Notes under the pieces: generated by a model | Databases searched by the model: none | What the model was told of the DNA's origin: nothing | What the model saw: the letters and a program-made list of their open reading frames with translations, nothing else | Program-made: the position numbers and the translations under genes | Shown: piece after piece, positions 28,694 to 37,794 of the stretch | Layout: the number at the start of each line of letters is the position of its first letter | Numbering within the stretch: position 1 is the stretch's first letter | From: a bacterium | Lineage (GTDB): Bacteria; UBA8248; JACPRG01; G963555815 | Reading direction: 5' to 3' | DNA length: 64,000 bases | Assembly (NCBI GenBank): GCA_965218795.1 | Contig: OZ244653.1 | Coordinates: 1,344,001-1,408,000, forward strand

Positions 28694-29965
28694 GTGAAAA
28701 CCAAACGGGTTCGATCCGGTGCGCCCCAGCCGGTGGCCTACTATTCCGAGGCCATGACAGCCGGTCCCCTGGTATTCGCCGCCGGACAGATCGCCAGCGA
28801 TTTTACAACCGGCATTCCTCCGGAAGCCCGTGTAGATCCCGCCTTTCCCTACTACGGCTCCGACATCAAGCGACAGACCGAATACATCCTCAAGACCGTG
28901 TCGAAAACCTTCGAGGCGGCCGGGACATCCCTCGACAACGTGATCAAAGCCCAGGTCTTCCTCCCCGACCTCAACCATTTCTTCGCCTTCGACGAGGTCT
29001 GGAAAGAATTCTTCAAAATGCCGCCCCCGCGCACGACGGTCGGGACAACGGGCCTCCTCGCGCCGGGTTGTCTCGTCGAGATCGATCTTATCGCCTATCG
29101 TCCCCGTCCAGGGTGGAAGCACGAGGTGGTTCGATCGAAAGCGCCCCGGCCCCTCGCCAACTACTCCGAGGCCTTCCGGGTGGGAGACTTCGTCTTCGCC
29201 GCGGGGCAGGTCGCCAGCGACTACCGGACCGGCATCCCGCCCGAAGCCGGGGTAGACCCCGCCTTTCCCTACTACGGCTCCGACATCAAGCGGCAGACCG
29301 AATACATCCTCAACAACCTCTCCAAGACCTTCGAGGCGGCCGGGACCTCGCTCGACCATGTGGTCAAGGCCCAGGTCTTCCTCACCGACCTCGACCATTT
29401 CTTCGCCTTCGACGAGGTCTGGAAAGAATTCTTCAAAATGCCGCCCCCGCGCACGACGGTCGGGACGACAGGCCTTTTGGTGCCGGGCTGTCTGGTCGAA
29501 ATCGACCTCATCGCTTACGTTCCTCGAAAGGGGTTAAAACGCGAGGTGGTTCGATCGAAAGCGCCCCGGCCCCTCGCCAACTACTCCGAGGCCTTCCGGG
29601 TGGGAGACTTCGTCTTCGCCGCGGGGCAGGTCGCCAGCGACTACCAGACCGGCATCCCGCCCGAAGCCGGGGTAGACCCCGCCTTTCCCTACTACGGCTC
29701 CGACATCAAGCGTCAGACCGAATACATCTTCAACAACCTCTCCAAGACCTTCGAAGCGGCCGGGACCTCGCTCGACCATGTAGTCAAGGCCCAGGTCTTC
29801 CTGGCCGACGACGAGTTGGAGGGGCTTTACTCGAAGGCGGCCGCCCGGGATGAGGTTTGGCGAAGCTTCTTCAAGACACCGCCCCCGCGCACGACGGTCG
29901 GGACGACGGGTCTGCTGGTGCCCGGGAGCTTGATCGAGATCGACCTGATCGGCGTTATGGGTTGA
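28694..29965 (+). CDS. Triple-domain Rid (RidA/YjgF/UK114) family protein
   Basis: Three ~140-aa units, each with YSEA..VFAAGQ..LD.V(V/I)KAQVFL..PPPRTTV..EIDLI; GTG start after AAGGAGGG. Confidence 0.92.
   Translation: MKTKRVRSGAPQPVAYYSEAMTAGPLVFAAGQIASDFTTGIPPEARVDPAFPYYGSDIKRQTEYILKTVSKTFEAAGTSLDNVIKAQVFLPDLNHFFAFDEVWKEFFKMPPPRTTVGTTGLLAPGCLVEIDLIAYRPRPGWKHEVVRSKAPRPLANYSEAFRVGDFVFAAGQVASDYRTGIPPEAGVDPAFPYYGSDIKRQTEYILNNLSKTFEAAGTSLDHVVKAQVFLTDLDHFFAFDEVWKEFFKMPPPRTTVGTTGLLVPGCLVEIDLIAYVPRKGLKREVVRSKAPRPLANYSEAFRVGDFVFAAGQVASDYQTGIPPEAGVDPAFPYYGSDIKRQTEYIFNNLSKTFEAAGTSLDHVVKAQVFLADDELEGLYSKAAARDEVWRSFFKTPPPRTTVGTTGLLVPGSLIEIDLIGVMG
28710..29950 (+). repeat. Intragenic tandem repeat, 420-bp period, 3 copies
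   Basis: Lines 29161/29581, 29221/29641 and 28981/29401 are nearly identical. Confidence 0.95.
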
Positions 29966-29993
29966 GAAGAGATTCTCTCTTCGCTCGATCCTG

Positions 29994-30245
29994 CTACGGA
30001 TTCGCGGGTTTCCTTGGCTCGACGATTTCCAAGACCTTCTCGGGCGTGAACGGAAGAGTTTTGAGTAGGCGCCCGAGGGCCGGGAAGGTTCTCTTCACCT
30101 TGCGCGAGGGAATTTGGCCCTCGTAGCTTCCTTCAGTCGGCCGTTGACCGGATTGCGAATCGTCTCGAACGGTTCTCATCCTGAAGGCAGGTAGGAGGCT
30201 GGTGACCTTTTCCATGACATTTTCCGGCGTGAACGGGAGGAGTCT
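29994..30245. other. Cluster of three orphan XDH C-terminal tails in alternating orientation
   Basis: Minus 30059-29994 TLPFTPEKVLEIVEPRKPANP*; plus 30085-30126 KVLFTLREGIWPS*; minus from ~30243 LLPFTPENVMEKV. Confidence 0.8.
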
Positions 30246-30312
30246 CCCGCGAGTCGGACAAGAATCAGTGGAAGGAGGAGGAACGGCTATCCTCGGCAGT
30301 GGGCCGCGAATC

Positions 30313-31251
30313 TCACCCCGCTCCCTTCCGGTAGGGAATGCCGATGGCCGCCGGTCCCTGGGTGCGGCCGCCGAAAAGCACCAGGATGACGAGTGTGAGG
30401 ACGTACGGAAACATCAGCATGAACTGGTGCGGGATATCGAACCCGAGGCCCTGCGCCCGGAACTGGAGCGCGTCGGCCCCGCCGAAAATCAGGCAGGCGA
30501 TCAGTCCCCCAACCGGATCCCATCGGCCGAAAATCAACGCGGCCAGGGCGATGAACCCCCGTCCGCCCACCATCTCGTCCATGAAGAAATGAAGCTGGCC
30601 GAGGGACATGAAAGCCCCGCCCGCGCCCACGAGCACGCCTGAGATCACAACGCAGACGTACCGCACCCGCTCGGGATTGATCCCCACGGTGTCGGCGGCG
30701 CGGGGGTGCTCCCCGGTCGAGAGGACCATGAGTCCCCACCGGGTCCGGTACAGGATGACGGAGAACAGGGGGACCAGCAGGAGGGCGACATAGACCAGGA
30801 GGTGTTGATGGAACAGGATCGCCCCCACGTAGGGGATGTCTCCCAAAAGAGGGACCTTGACGGGATTGAAGTGGGGAACGATGCGCTGCTGGTCCTTGAG
30901 GCCGAAGAGGATCCGGATCAGAAAGCTGCTCATGCCCAGGCCGATAATGTTGATGGCGGCACCCGAGACAATCTGATTGGCCTTGAGGGATACCGAGACA
31001 AAGGCATGGACCCAGGCGATCAGCCCGCCGGCGAGAACTCCGCAGAGGAAACCAATCCAGGGACTGTGCAGGTACCACGCGCCGAGCACGCCCGTGAGCG
31101 CGGCCATGAGCATGATGCCTTCCAAGCCGATGTTGATCACGCCGGCCCGTTCGTTCAGGATTCCGCCCAGCGTAGCGAACAGAATGGGCGTCGACAGGCG
31201 GACCGTCGCCCCGACAAAGTCGGCGTCAAAGAGCTGGAGGAAGGCTTCCAC
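30313..31251 (-). CDS. Nucleoside/purine ABC transporter permease
   Basis: ERAGVINIGLEG, GEHPRAADTVG, GRGFIALAA. Confidence 0.93.
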   Translation of the reverse strand: MEAFLQLFDADFVGATVRLSTPILFATLGGILNERAGVINIGLEGIMLMAALTGVLGAWYLHSPWIGFLCGVLAGGLIAWVHAFVSVSLKANQIVSGAAINIIGLGMSSFLIRILFGLKDQQRIVPHFNPVKVPLLGDIPYVGAILFHQHLLVYVALLLVPLFSVILYRTRWGLMVLSTGEHPRAADTVGINPERVRYVCVVISGVLVGAGGAFMSLGQLHFFMDEMVGGRGFIALAALIFGRWDPVGGLIACLIFGGADALQFRAQGLGFDIPHQFMLMFPYVLTLVILVLFGGRTQGPAAIGIPYRKGAG

Positions 31252-31275
31252 CCGAAGGTCTCCTCGCCAAGCCGT

Positions 31276-32331
31276 CTAACGCTTCCGAGCCTGCAGCCAC
31301 TCACGGACCGCTACGCCCAGCATGAACAGAATGACCATTCCCTGAATGACCATCACCAGGGAGGTCGGAAGCCCGGTCTGCCGCTGCATTTGATTCGCGC
31401 CCACCCGAAGCGCCCCGAAGAGAAAGGCGGCGAAAATCACGCCGATGGGATCCGAACGGCCCAGGAAGGCCACGGCGATCCCGTCGAACCCATATCCCGG
31501 GGAGAAGAAATCCAGAAGCCGGTATTGTCCCCCCTGGATCTCCGTCGCGCCCGCCAGACCCGCCAGCCCTCCGCTGATTCCCATGGCCGCGAAGACGAAC
31601 CGGCGCACGGAAATCCCTGCGAACCGGGCCGCTTCCGGCCCCAGGCCGACCGCCCTGAGCTCCATGCCGAAGGGGGTTCTCCAGATCAGGTAGGAAAGAA
31701 TCATGGCGCACGCCACCGCCAGGAGGACCGCGACCGAAAGGTCCGTGCTCGCCTGGAGAATGGGAAGCCGGGCCGAGGGCTCGATTTGAGCCGTCTGATG
31801 GTAAAACCCGGGCGGCTCCGCAAGGGGACCCTGGACCAGATAGCTCACAAGATAGATGGCAACGAAATTCAGCATGATAGTCGTGATGATTTCGTTGATC
31901 CCCCGGGACGCGCGAAGATAGCCTGCGACCCCGCCCCAGAAAGCGCCGGCCAGAAACCCCGACAACAGACAAAGGGGGATATGCAGGAAAGACGGCAGGC
32001 CGCGGACGTAAATGCCGACCAGGACGGCGGCCAGGGCGCCGGCGTACAATTGCCCCTCGGCCCCGATGTTGAGCAGATTGCAGCGGAAGGCGAAGGCGAC
32101 GCTGAGGCCGGTCAGGATGAGCGGGGTCGTCTTCGTCAGTGTGACGCCGAGGCTGTACAGGTTCCCGAATGCGCCGTCGAGGAGCGCCAGATATGCAGTG
32201 ATGGGGTTCACCCCGGCCAGGAGGATCAGCACCGCGCTCAGGGCGAGGGCCAGAGCAATCGCGGCGAGGGAGATGGACGTCGTCCGCAGCGCGGCAAACG
32301 CACGGGGCGCGGGCGCCGAAGTGGCGGTCAT
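31276..32331 (-). CDS. Nucleoside/purine ABC transporter permease
   Basis: LLNIGAEGQ, INEIITTIMLNF, GYGFDGIAVA. Confidence 0.93.
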   Translation of the reverse strand: MTATSAPAPRAFAALRTTSISLAAIALALALSAVLILLAGVNPITAYLALLDGAFGNLYSLGVTLTKTTPLILTGLSVAFAFRCNLLNIGAEGQLYAGALAAVLVGIYVRGLPSFLHIPLCLLSGFLAGAFWGGVAGYLRASRGINEIITTIMLNFVAIYLVSYLVQGPLAEPPGFYHQTAQIEPSARLPILQASTDLSVAVLLAVACAMILSYLIWRTPFGMELRAVGLGPEAARFAGISVRRFVFAAMGISGGLAGLAGATEIQGGQYRLLDFFSPGYGFDGIAVAFLGRSDPIGVIFAAFLFGALRVGANQMQRQTGLPTSLVMVIQGMVILFMLGVAVREWLQARKR

Positions 32332-33857
32332 TCGCCCCGCTCCCTTGCTTCCTGCAGCGGCGTCCCGGCCATCATCAGTCCCACCTCCTCCCGCGATGTC
32401 TCCTCCGAGTCGACAAGTCCCATAATCTCCCCTTCGTAGAGGACCATGACGCGATCGCTCAGGGCCAGGATTTCCTCCAGCTCCGTGGAGACCAGCAGGA
32501 TGGCCATCCCCTGATCCCGGGCTTCAATGAGCTGCTGCTGAACGTATTCGGCGGCCCCCACGTCGAGACCCCGAGTGGGTTGGGCCGCCAGGAGCAGCGG
32601 AGGCTGCAGGCCCAGCTCTCTCGCCAGGATCAGCTTTTGCTGGTTTCCGCCGGACAGCGTGGAGGCCAGGACGTTGGGGCCTGGCGCGCGGACGTCGAAT
32701 TTCCGCATGGACGCCTCCGCGTTCTCTCTTATGGCGGCGGGGTTCAACCGCATCCAGCTTCCGAGGGGCGGACGGCCGCAGGATTTGAGCACCAGGTTTT
32801 CCGCCACCGTGAATTGCAGCACGAGGCCCGTGTGATGCCGGTCCTCGGTGACGTGACCGATGGAGCGGAACCGGTCCCTTCCGGAGGCCGGGATCCCTGC
32901 GATGGATACTTCGCCGCGCTCGATTGGACGGACCCCGGCGATAGCTTCGACCAGCTCCTTTTGTCCGTTACCGTCCACCCCGGCGATTCCCAGGATCTCC
33001 CCCTCGGCCAGGGAGAAACGGACCCCCTTGACGGACGGCAGACTCCGGTCGTCTCTGACCTGCAGGTCTTTCACGCTCAGTATGGTCTTCCCCCTCCTGG
33101 CCGATTCCCCTCGGGGCGGGGCGACCTGCCGTCCCACCATCATCTCGGCCAATTGGGCGGGCGTGGATTCGGCCACGTCCATGTCCTCGATGCGCCGGCC
33201 GGCCCTGAGCACCGTGACGCGGTCCGCAACGGCCTTCACCTCGTTGAGCTTGTGGGTAATGAAGATGATCGAGCGTCCGCTGTCGGCCAGATTCTGGAGA
33301 ATCTTGATCATCTCTCTGACTTCCCCGGGCGTGAGGACGGCGGTGGGTTCGTCCAGGATCAGAAGCTCCGCTTCCCGGTAGAGCGCCTTCAGGATCTCCA
33401 CGCGCTGCTGGGCCCCCACGGGCAGTTGCCAGACCCGGGCCTTCAGGTCCACATCCAGCCCGTAGTCGGCGGCGAGCTTTCCGATCCGGGCCTCAGCGGC
33501 CTTCAGGTCCAGTAGGGGATTCCTGCGTCCGGGGGGAGAGCGGAGGCCGAGGACGATGTTCTGGGTCACGGTGAGGGGCGGAACCAGCATGAAGTGCTGG
33601 TGGACCATCCCGATTCCCATCTCGATCGCGTCCCGCGGCGAGCGGAAGCTGACTTCCTGGTCGCGAAAGAGGATTCTCCCCGAATCCGGCCGGTAGATGC
33701 CGTACAGCGTGTTCATCAAGGTGGTCTTGCCGGAGCCGTTCTCCCCCAGCAGCGCGCGAATCTCGCCCCGCTTCACCTCGAAGTCGATCCGATCATTGGC
33801 CAGAACGCCGGGGAACCTCTTGGATATCCCCTCCATACGGAGAAGAGGCGCGCGCAT
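32328..33857 (-). CDS. Nucleoside ABC transporter ATPase (dual NBD)
   Basis: GENGSGKT, LILDEPTAVLTP, LSGGNQQK, QPTRGLD. Confidence 0.95.
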   Translation of the reverse strand: MRAPLLRMEGISKRFPGVLANDRIDFEVKRGEIRALLGENGSGKTTLMNTLYGIYRPDSGRILFRDQEVSFRSPRDAIEMGIGMVHQHFMLVPPLTVTQNIVLGLRSPPGRRNPLLDLKAAEARIGKLAADYGLDVDLKARVWQLPVGAQQRVEILKALYREAELLILDEPTAVLTPGEVREMIKILQNLADSGRSIIFITHKLNEVKAVADRVTVLRAGRRIEDMDVAESTPAQLAEMMVGRQVAPPRGESARRGKTILSVKDLQVRDDRSLPSVKGVRFSLAEGEILGIAGVDGNGQKELVEAIAGVRPIERGEVSIAGIPASGRDRFRSIGHVTEDRHHTGLVLQFTVAENLVLKSCGRPPLGSWMRLNPAAIRENAEASMRKFDVRAPGPNVLASTLSGGNQQKLILARELGLQPPLLLAAQPTRGLDVGAAEYVQQQLIEARDQGMAILLVSTELEEILALSDRVMVLYEGEIMGLVDSEETSREEVGLMMAGTPLQEARERGE

Positions 33858-33893
33858 GCCGCAGTCTTTCGCTCGGATTCAGGCGGAAAAGGG

Positions 33894-33922
33894 TCCGCCC
33901 CCCGTCAAGGACGGGGGGCGGA
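33894..33922. other. Intra-operon 13-bp perfect hairpin (probable mRNA stabiliser after the binding-protein gene)
   Basis: TCCGCCCCCCGTC-AAG-GACGGGGGGCGGA. Confidence 0.6.
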
Positions 33923-33940
33923 AGGAGGTGCAAAGAATTT

Positions 33941-34957
33941 TCAGATCTTCTTGATCTTCTGCTTCATCAGCTTCTTGAGATTCGGCGCGGGGATATTGAT
34001 CTCGCCCGATTTGATCTTCTTGACCAGGGTGCTGATATCGTCCTTCACCTTCTGGGGCACCATGGGACCGTAGGGACCCACTTCCAGAACGCCTGATTTC
34101 AGGCCGAACATGTTGATTCCAGATTTGAAATTGCCCTCGGTCACAGCCTTGACGGACTTGTAGAGCATTTCGCCCGTCTTGATAACCGCAGACGAGACAA
34201 CATGCTTCGGGGCGAGCTTCCGCTGATCGGCGAAGTAACCCATGGTCAGGACGTTCTTCTCCCGTGCCGCCTCGATCACGCCCAGCCCGCTGGCGTCCGC
34301 CAGATGAGCGACAATGTCGGCCCCTTGAGAGATGAGCGCTTTGGCGGCCTCTTTCCCTTTGACCGGGTCATAGAAAGTCCCCGTCCATATGACGTTCACT
34401 GTCGCGTTGGGTTTTGCCTTGCGCACGCCCTTCTCGAACGCGTCCACCTGGATGCGGATCGGCGGGATTTCCCAGCCGCCCACGGCCCCCACATTTCCCT
34501 TCTTGCTCATCTTGACCGCGAGTTGTCCCATCACGTGGAAGAGCTCCTGGTGGGCGACATGCAGGTTCGCCAGGTTCGGAGCCTTACCGAATCCGTAGGT
34601 GTTGATGAAGTGTTTTTTGGGGAACTGCTTCGCCACTTTGGACATGGCGTCGCCCCATTGGAACCCGTGCGAGATGATCACATCGTAGCCCCGGTTGGCA
34701 TAATCCCGGAGGGTAGACACAAAGTCGGGCCGTTGGACGTTCTCGGAGAAGGCGACCTCCGCTCCCATCCTCTCCTTGGCGATCATCAGTCCCACGTGGG
34801 CGCTCGCGTTGAACCCCTTATCGCTGACGGCGCCCGGAAGGCACAGGGCGACCTTCAACTTGCTCGCCGCGGGGGCGCTCCCGGGAAGCGCCAACAGCAG
34901 GAACAAGGCGCTCAGGAACAGAGATTGGACAGCCCGGAAAAACATCTTGCTTTTCAT
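33941..34957 (-). CDS. BMP family ABC substrate-binding protein
   Basis: Signal peptide; PGAVSDKGFN; GTFYDPVKGKEAA; QGADIV. Confidence 0.92.
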   Translation of the reverse strand: MKSKMFFRAVQSLFLSALFLLLALPGSAPAASKLKVALCLPGAVSDKGFNASAHVGLMIAKERMGAEVAFSENVQRPDFVSTLRDYANRGYDVIISHGFQWGDAMSKVAKQFPKKHFINTYGFGKAPNLANLHVAHQELFHVMGQLAVKMSKKGNVGAVGGWEIPPIRIQVDAFEKGVRKAKPNATVNVIWTGTFYDPVKGKEAAKALISQGADIVAHLADASGLGVIEAAREKNVLTMGYFADQRKLAPKHVVSSAVIKTGEMLYKSVKAVTEGNFKSGINMFGLKSGVLEVGPYGPMVPQKVKDDISTLVKKIKSGEINIPAPNLKKLMKQKIKKI

Positions 34958-35482
34958 TCCTTTACCCCCGTTTTTCATGTTGTGTTTGAGGTTCCCGATT
35001 CCTTCGGCCGGGGGACTCGGGGAAGCATGTGAAACCGCGTCTCCGGTCCCCATTGAACCCGATTCGAAATCTCCCTTCTTCACGGTTCGGCGTTCAGGTG
35101 TTTCGCCTGATAGTCCGTCAAGGGACGGCGATTGATGTGCGGCAGGTTACGTCGGCAGTGGATCCCGTCCTTCTGATACCGGGTGACGAGTTCGGGAACA
35201 TTCACCGCCGCTTCCTCGAGCCTTTTGGCGTGCGCAATTAGGAACTGAACTATCCCTGATCCCCGTGCTGAATGTAAAGGGTCTCTCAGACTTCGAGAGA
35301 AGACTTGCGCGCCCCGGGCTGGAATTGAATACCGCGGATATTGTGCCGAGCGTCCACGGAGCGTCGAAGACGCGGGAAACCCTCTCAATCAATCGGAACC
35401 CGGAATCTTACCAAACAAGGGCTCTGCCGAAAAGTCCGACCGATGCGTGAACACGACCTCGATTCGACCTTCCGATATTTCA

Positions 35483-36157
35483 TCAAAGAATCCTGGCCAC
35501 GGCCCGTGCGGCGCCGCCGTCCCCCTGGTAAATCTTGATGGGCAGGGCGAAGATCTCGAACTCTCTGCCGACCAATTTGCTCAGGTTCGTGAGATTCTCA
35601 ATCAGCGGAATCATCTTCGGCAGGACGATTCGGTGGATGGGACAGTCCCCATCCTGCGGCGGCTGGCCGGGCGGCAGCTTGTCAACGGTGAAGTCGACGG
35701 CAATGGCCCGCACCCGGGCCTCAACGAAATACTCCGCCACATCGACAGCCATATACGGGTTGTCCACGTATGCCCGCTCCGTTCCAAAGGCGCGTTCCAC
35801 CCATCCTGTGTACAGGACGACGATCTTGTCGCGGATACGCCCGGGCGTCAGGTCGAAGGGCTTCAGCACCTCCAGCGTGACGGGCTCGTTATCCTTCACC
35901 TCCTCGCGCAGGTCGACCAGGAGGCCCGACCCCATGTACCGATCCAGCGGCATTTCATCGATCGTCGTTCCCCCGTCCACGAAATGCCGCGGACAGTCCA
36001 CGTGCGTGCCGCAGTGGATGCTCATCTTCATGTACGTATTCGAGCGGAAATGCTCCTTGTGGGTGTTGATCGGCTCGAACGCCACCTGTGGATGACCCGG
36101 CACCACGGACATTCGCGGCCCGCCCAAGGTCAACGAAAGGTCTACCCATTCGCTCAT
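35483..36157 (-). CDS. Cyclase/kynurenine formamidase family metal hydrolase
   Basis: HCGTHVDCPRHF, IENLTNL, GDGGAARAVA. Confidence 0.93.
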   Translation of the reverse strand: MSEWVDLSLTLGGPRMSVVPGHPQVAFEPINTHKEHFRSNTYMKMSIHCGTHVDCPRHFVDGGTTIDEMPLDRYMGSGLLVDLREEVKDNEPVTLEVLKPFDLTPGRIRDKIVVLYTGWVERAFGTERAYVDNPYMAVDVAEYFVEARVRAIAVDFTVDKLPPGQPPQDGDCPIHRIVLPKMIPLIENLTNLSKLVGREFEIFALPIKIYQGDGGAARAVARIL

Positions 36158-36403
36158 CGATCCGCCTCCACTGCGTCGGGTTTCGATCCGTATTGACTCA
36201 ATTGATTCATTCGGGTTTGACGGAGGGGATGCTAGCGGGCGGCCCTCGGATTGTCAATTTCATCCGTCCATGGGGCGACTCGTTGAGATTTCCCAATCGC
36301 CGGTCCACCCCAAGGAAAGGAATGGTATGGTGGACGTATCAAGTCCGGGCGTTCCCTTCCTCATCGACCGTCGCTCCCACAAGAACCGAAAGGAAATCCG
36401 CCA

Positions 36404-36922
36404 ATGCAAATGGACATTCCTCACAAGGTGTTCGGCGACGATCTGCCGAAGACCACCATGCGAAAAACCTTGACGGTCGATATCACGAACCTTGAAAAGC
36501 AGCTCCATGAAGCCCGCCAGGCCAAGTTCGCTTGGGCCTCCGATGAGCCGCCGTCTCTGGGAGGAGACGACAATCACCCCCAACCGCTGACGTACGTTAC
36601 GGCCGGCATCGGGCAGTGACTGCTGACCCAAGTGAAGCGGTACGCTTCCATCATGAAGATTCCCCTGAAGTCGGCGAAGGTGCGCATGGAATCAGACATT
36701 TTCCTGGGAGGCTCGGTGATCAAGGGGACGGTGTTCAGCGGGTTCAGTGAGGTCCGCTCGCATTTCGAGCTTGAGTCGGACGCGCCTCACGAGGATTTGC
36801 TGCGCCTGGTCAAGACCGCCAAAAAGGGCTGTTTCGCCGAGAACATGGTGCAGACGGCGGTACCCGTGAAGAGCTCTTATTCGGTGAACGGAGAGGACGC
36901 GCAGATCGATTTGAAGGATTGA
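36404..36922 (+). CDS. OsmC-like selenoprotein (Sec at TGA 36617-36619)
   Basis: ORFs 36404-36619 and 36632-36922 are one frame: SDEPPSLGGDDNHPQPLTYVTAGIGQ-U-LLTQVKRYA...KKGCFAE; TGA is at the first OsmC Cys position. Confidence 0.85.
36634..36648 (+). promoter_or_regulatory. Putative bacterial SECIS hairpin
   Basis: GAAGCG-GTA-CGCTTC; G-initiated loop at +21 from UGA. Confidence 0.7.
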
Positions 36923-36988
36923 ATGGCCCGGTGGAACAAGTCTATTTTCGGTGCATGGGATTTCAATCCGGGGTCTCCGACCCCGCCA

Positions 36989-37509
36989 TCATGAATCCCA
37001 ACGGGCCGGGAGACGCATCGGCCGCCCGGCAAGGGCTCCGCCCTTGCCGGTTTGAGTCACCCATCCGGCCAGCGCGCCCGCCGTGAATCCTCCATCCTGG
37101 ATCATGGTGTGATAGGAGACGAGGTTGGATTTGTTCCTGTCGATAGCGTGTATCACAACGAATTTCGTCTTGGGAAACACCTTGGCTACGCGCGCAGCGG
37201 CCTTGGAATAGAACGAACATGGGGGAGAATACAAAATCGTAGCCTTCTCCCCGTATTGCCGAAGAGCGGCCTCGGCTTTGGGCAGGGTCACGCTCTCCTG
37301 TGGCTGGCCTGAAACCACCCATATTGCTTTGCGGCCCCCTGAAGCGCCTGGTAAACCGGCGACGTTTCATCCGCGGTCTCCGATGGGGCCGGGTAAGGAT
37401 CCATCCCTCTTACTTCAAGTCACCCGCAACTGCCAGCCCCGTTACGAACGAAACGGCGAGGACGCAAGCAAACCATTCGATGACAACTCCAAGCCTCTCC
37501 TTCATTCAT
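36989..37509 (-). pseudogene. Degenerate BMP family binding protein
   Basis: Fragments LPGPIGDRG*N, ESVTLPKAEAALRQYG, VAKVFPKTKFVV, GFTAGALAGWVTQTGK with stops and frameshifts; truncated. Confidence 0.7.
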
Positions 37510-37610
37510 TCAATCTTCCTCCCTCGAACGGATTAACGATCGAATACCGATAACGAATCCGGACCTGGAATATGGCGCGCCGATTTCTTCGCAGAAGATG
37601 ATGGGTTGTT

Positions 37611-37624
37611 TATTGAATACAATA
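37611..37624. promoter_or_regulatory. Possible GntR-type operator palindrome
   Basis: TATTGAATACAATA (imperfect palindrome) in the divergent intergenic region. Confidence 0.35.
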
Positions 37625-37794
37625 CGACGACGCTGTCGCGCGCCTCTTTCCATGCCCATTGATGAAAACAGCGTCAACGGAAGACCATTCCTCTGGACAC
37701 CGGTTCCACGCAATCCTGCCGACAGGTGGTCGTCTCCCGGATTCGCCGCTATAATGAGTCCTCTTTGTCGCCGGATTCCACTGGAGCCTACGAG

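Larger units (their letters stand above)
21086..30133. mobile_element. Candidate integrated or invertible segment bounded by a 50-bp direct repeat of the XDH1 3' end
   Basis: 21086-21135 and 30084-30133 match 46/50; segment contains an RM gene, a pentapeptide pseudogene and an integrase remnant. Confidence 0.55.

Noticed and set aside
28710-29950. Diversity-generating retroelement TR/VR pair
   Set aside because: Repeats are whole in-frame domains, differences are not adenine-specific, and no reverse transcriptase is present
35080-35400. Glutamine amidotransferase remnant (NIRGIQFQPG resembles GxQFHPE)
   Set aside because: Only one short degenerate motif; not enough to call
37367-37369. In-frame TGA in the BMP remnant as selenocysteine
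   Set aside because: Falls at a W/F position (DxGWN) in a gene with several other lesions
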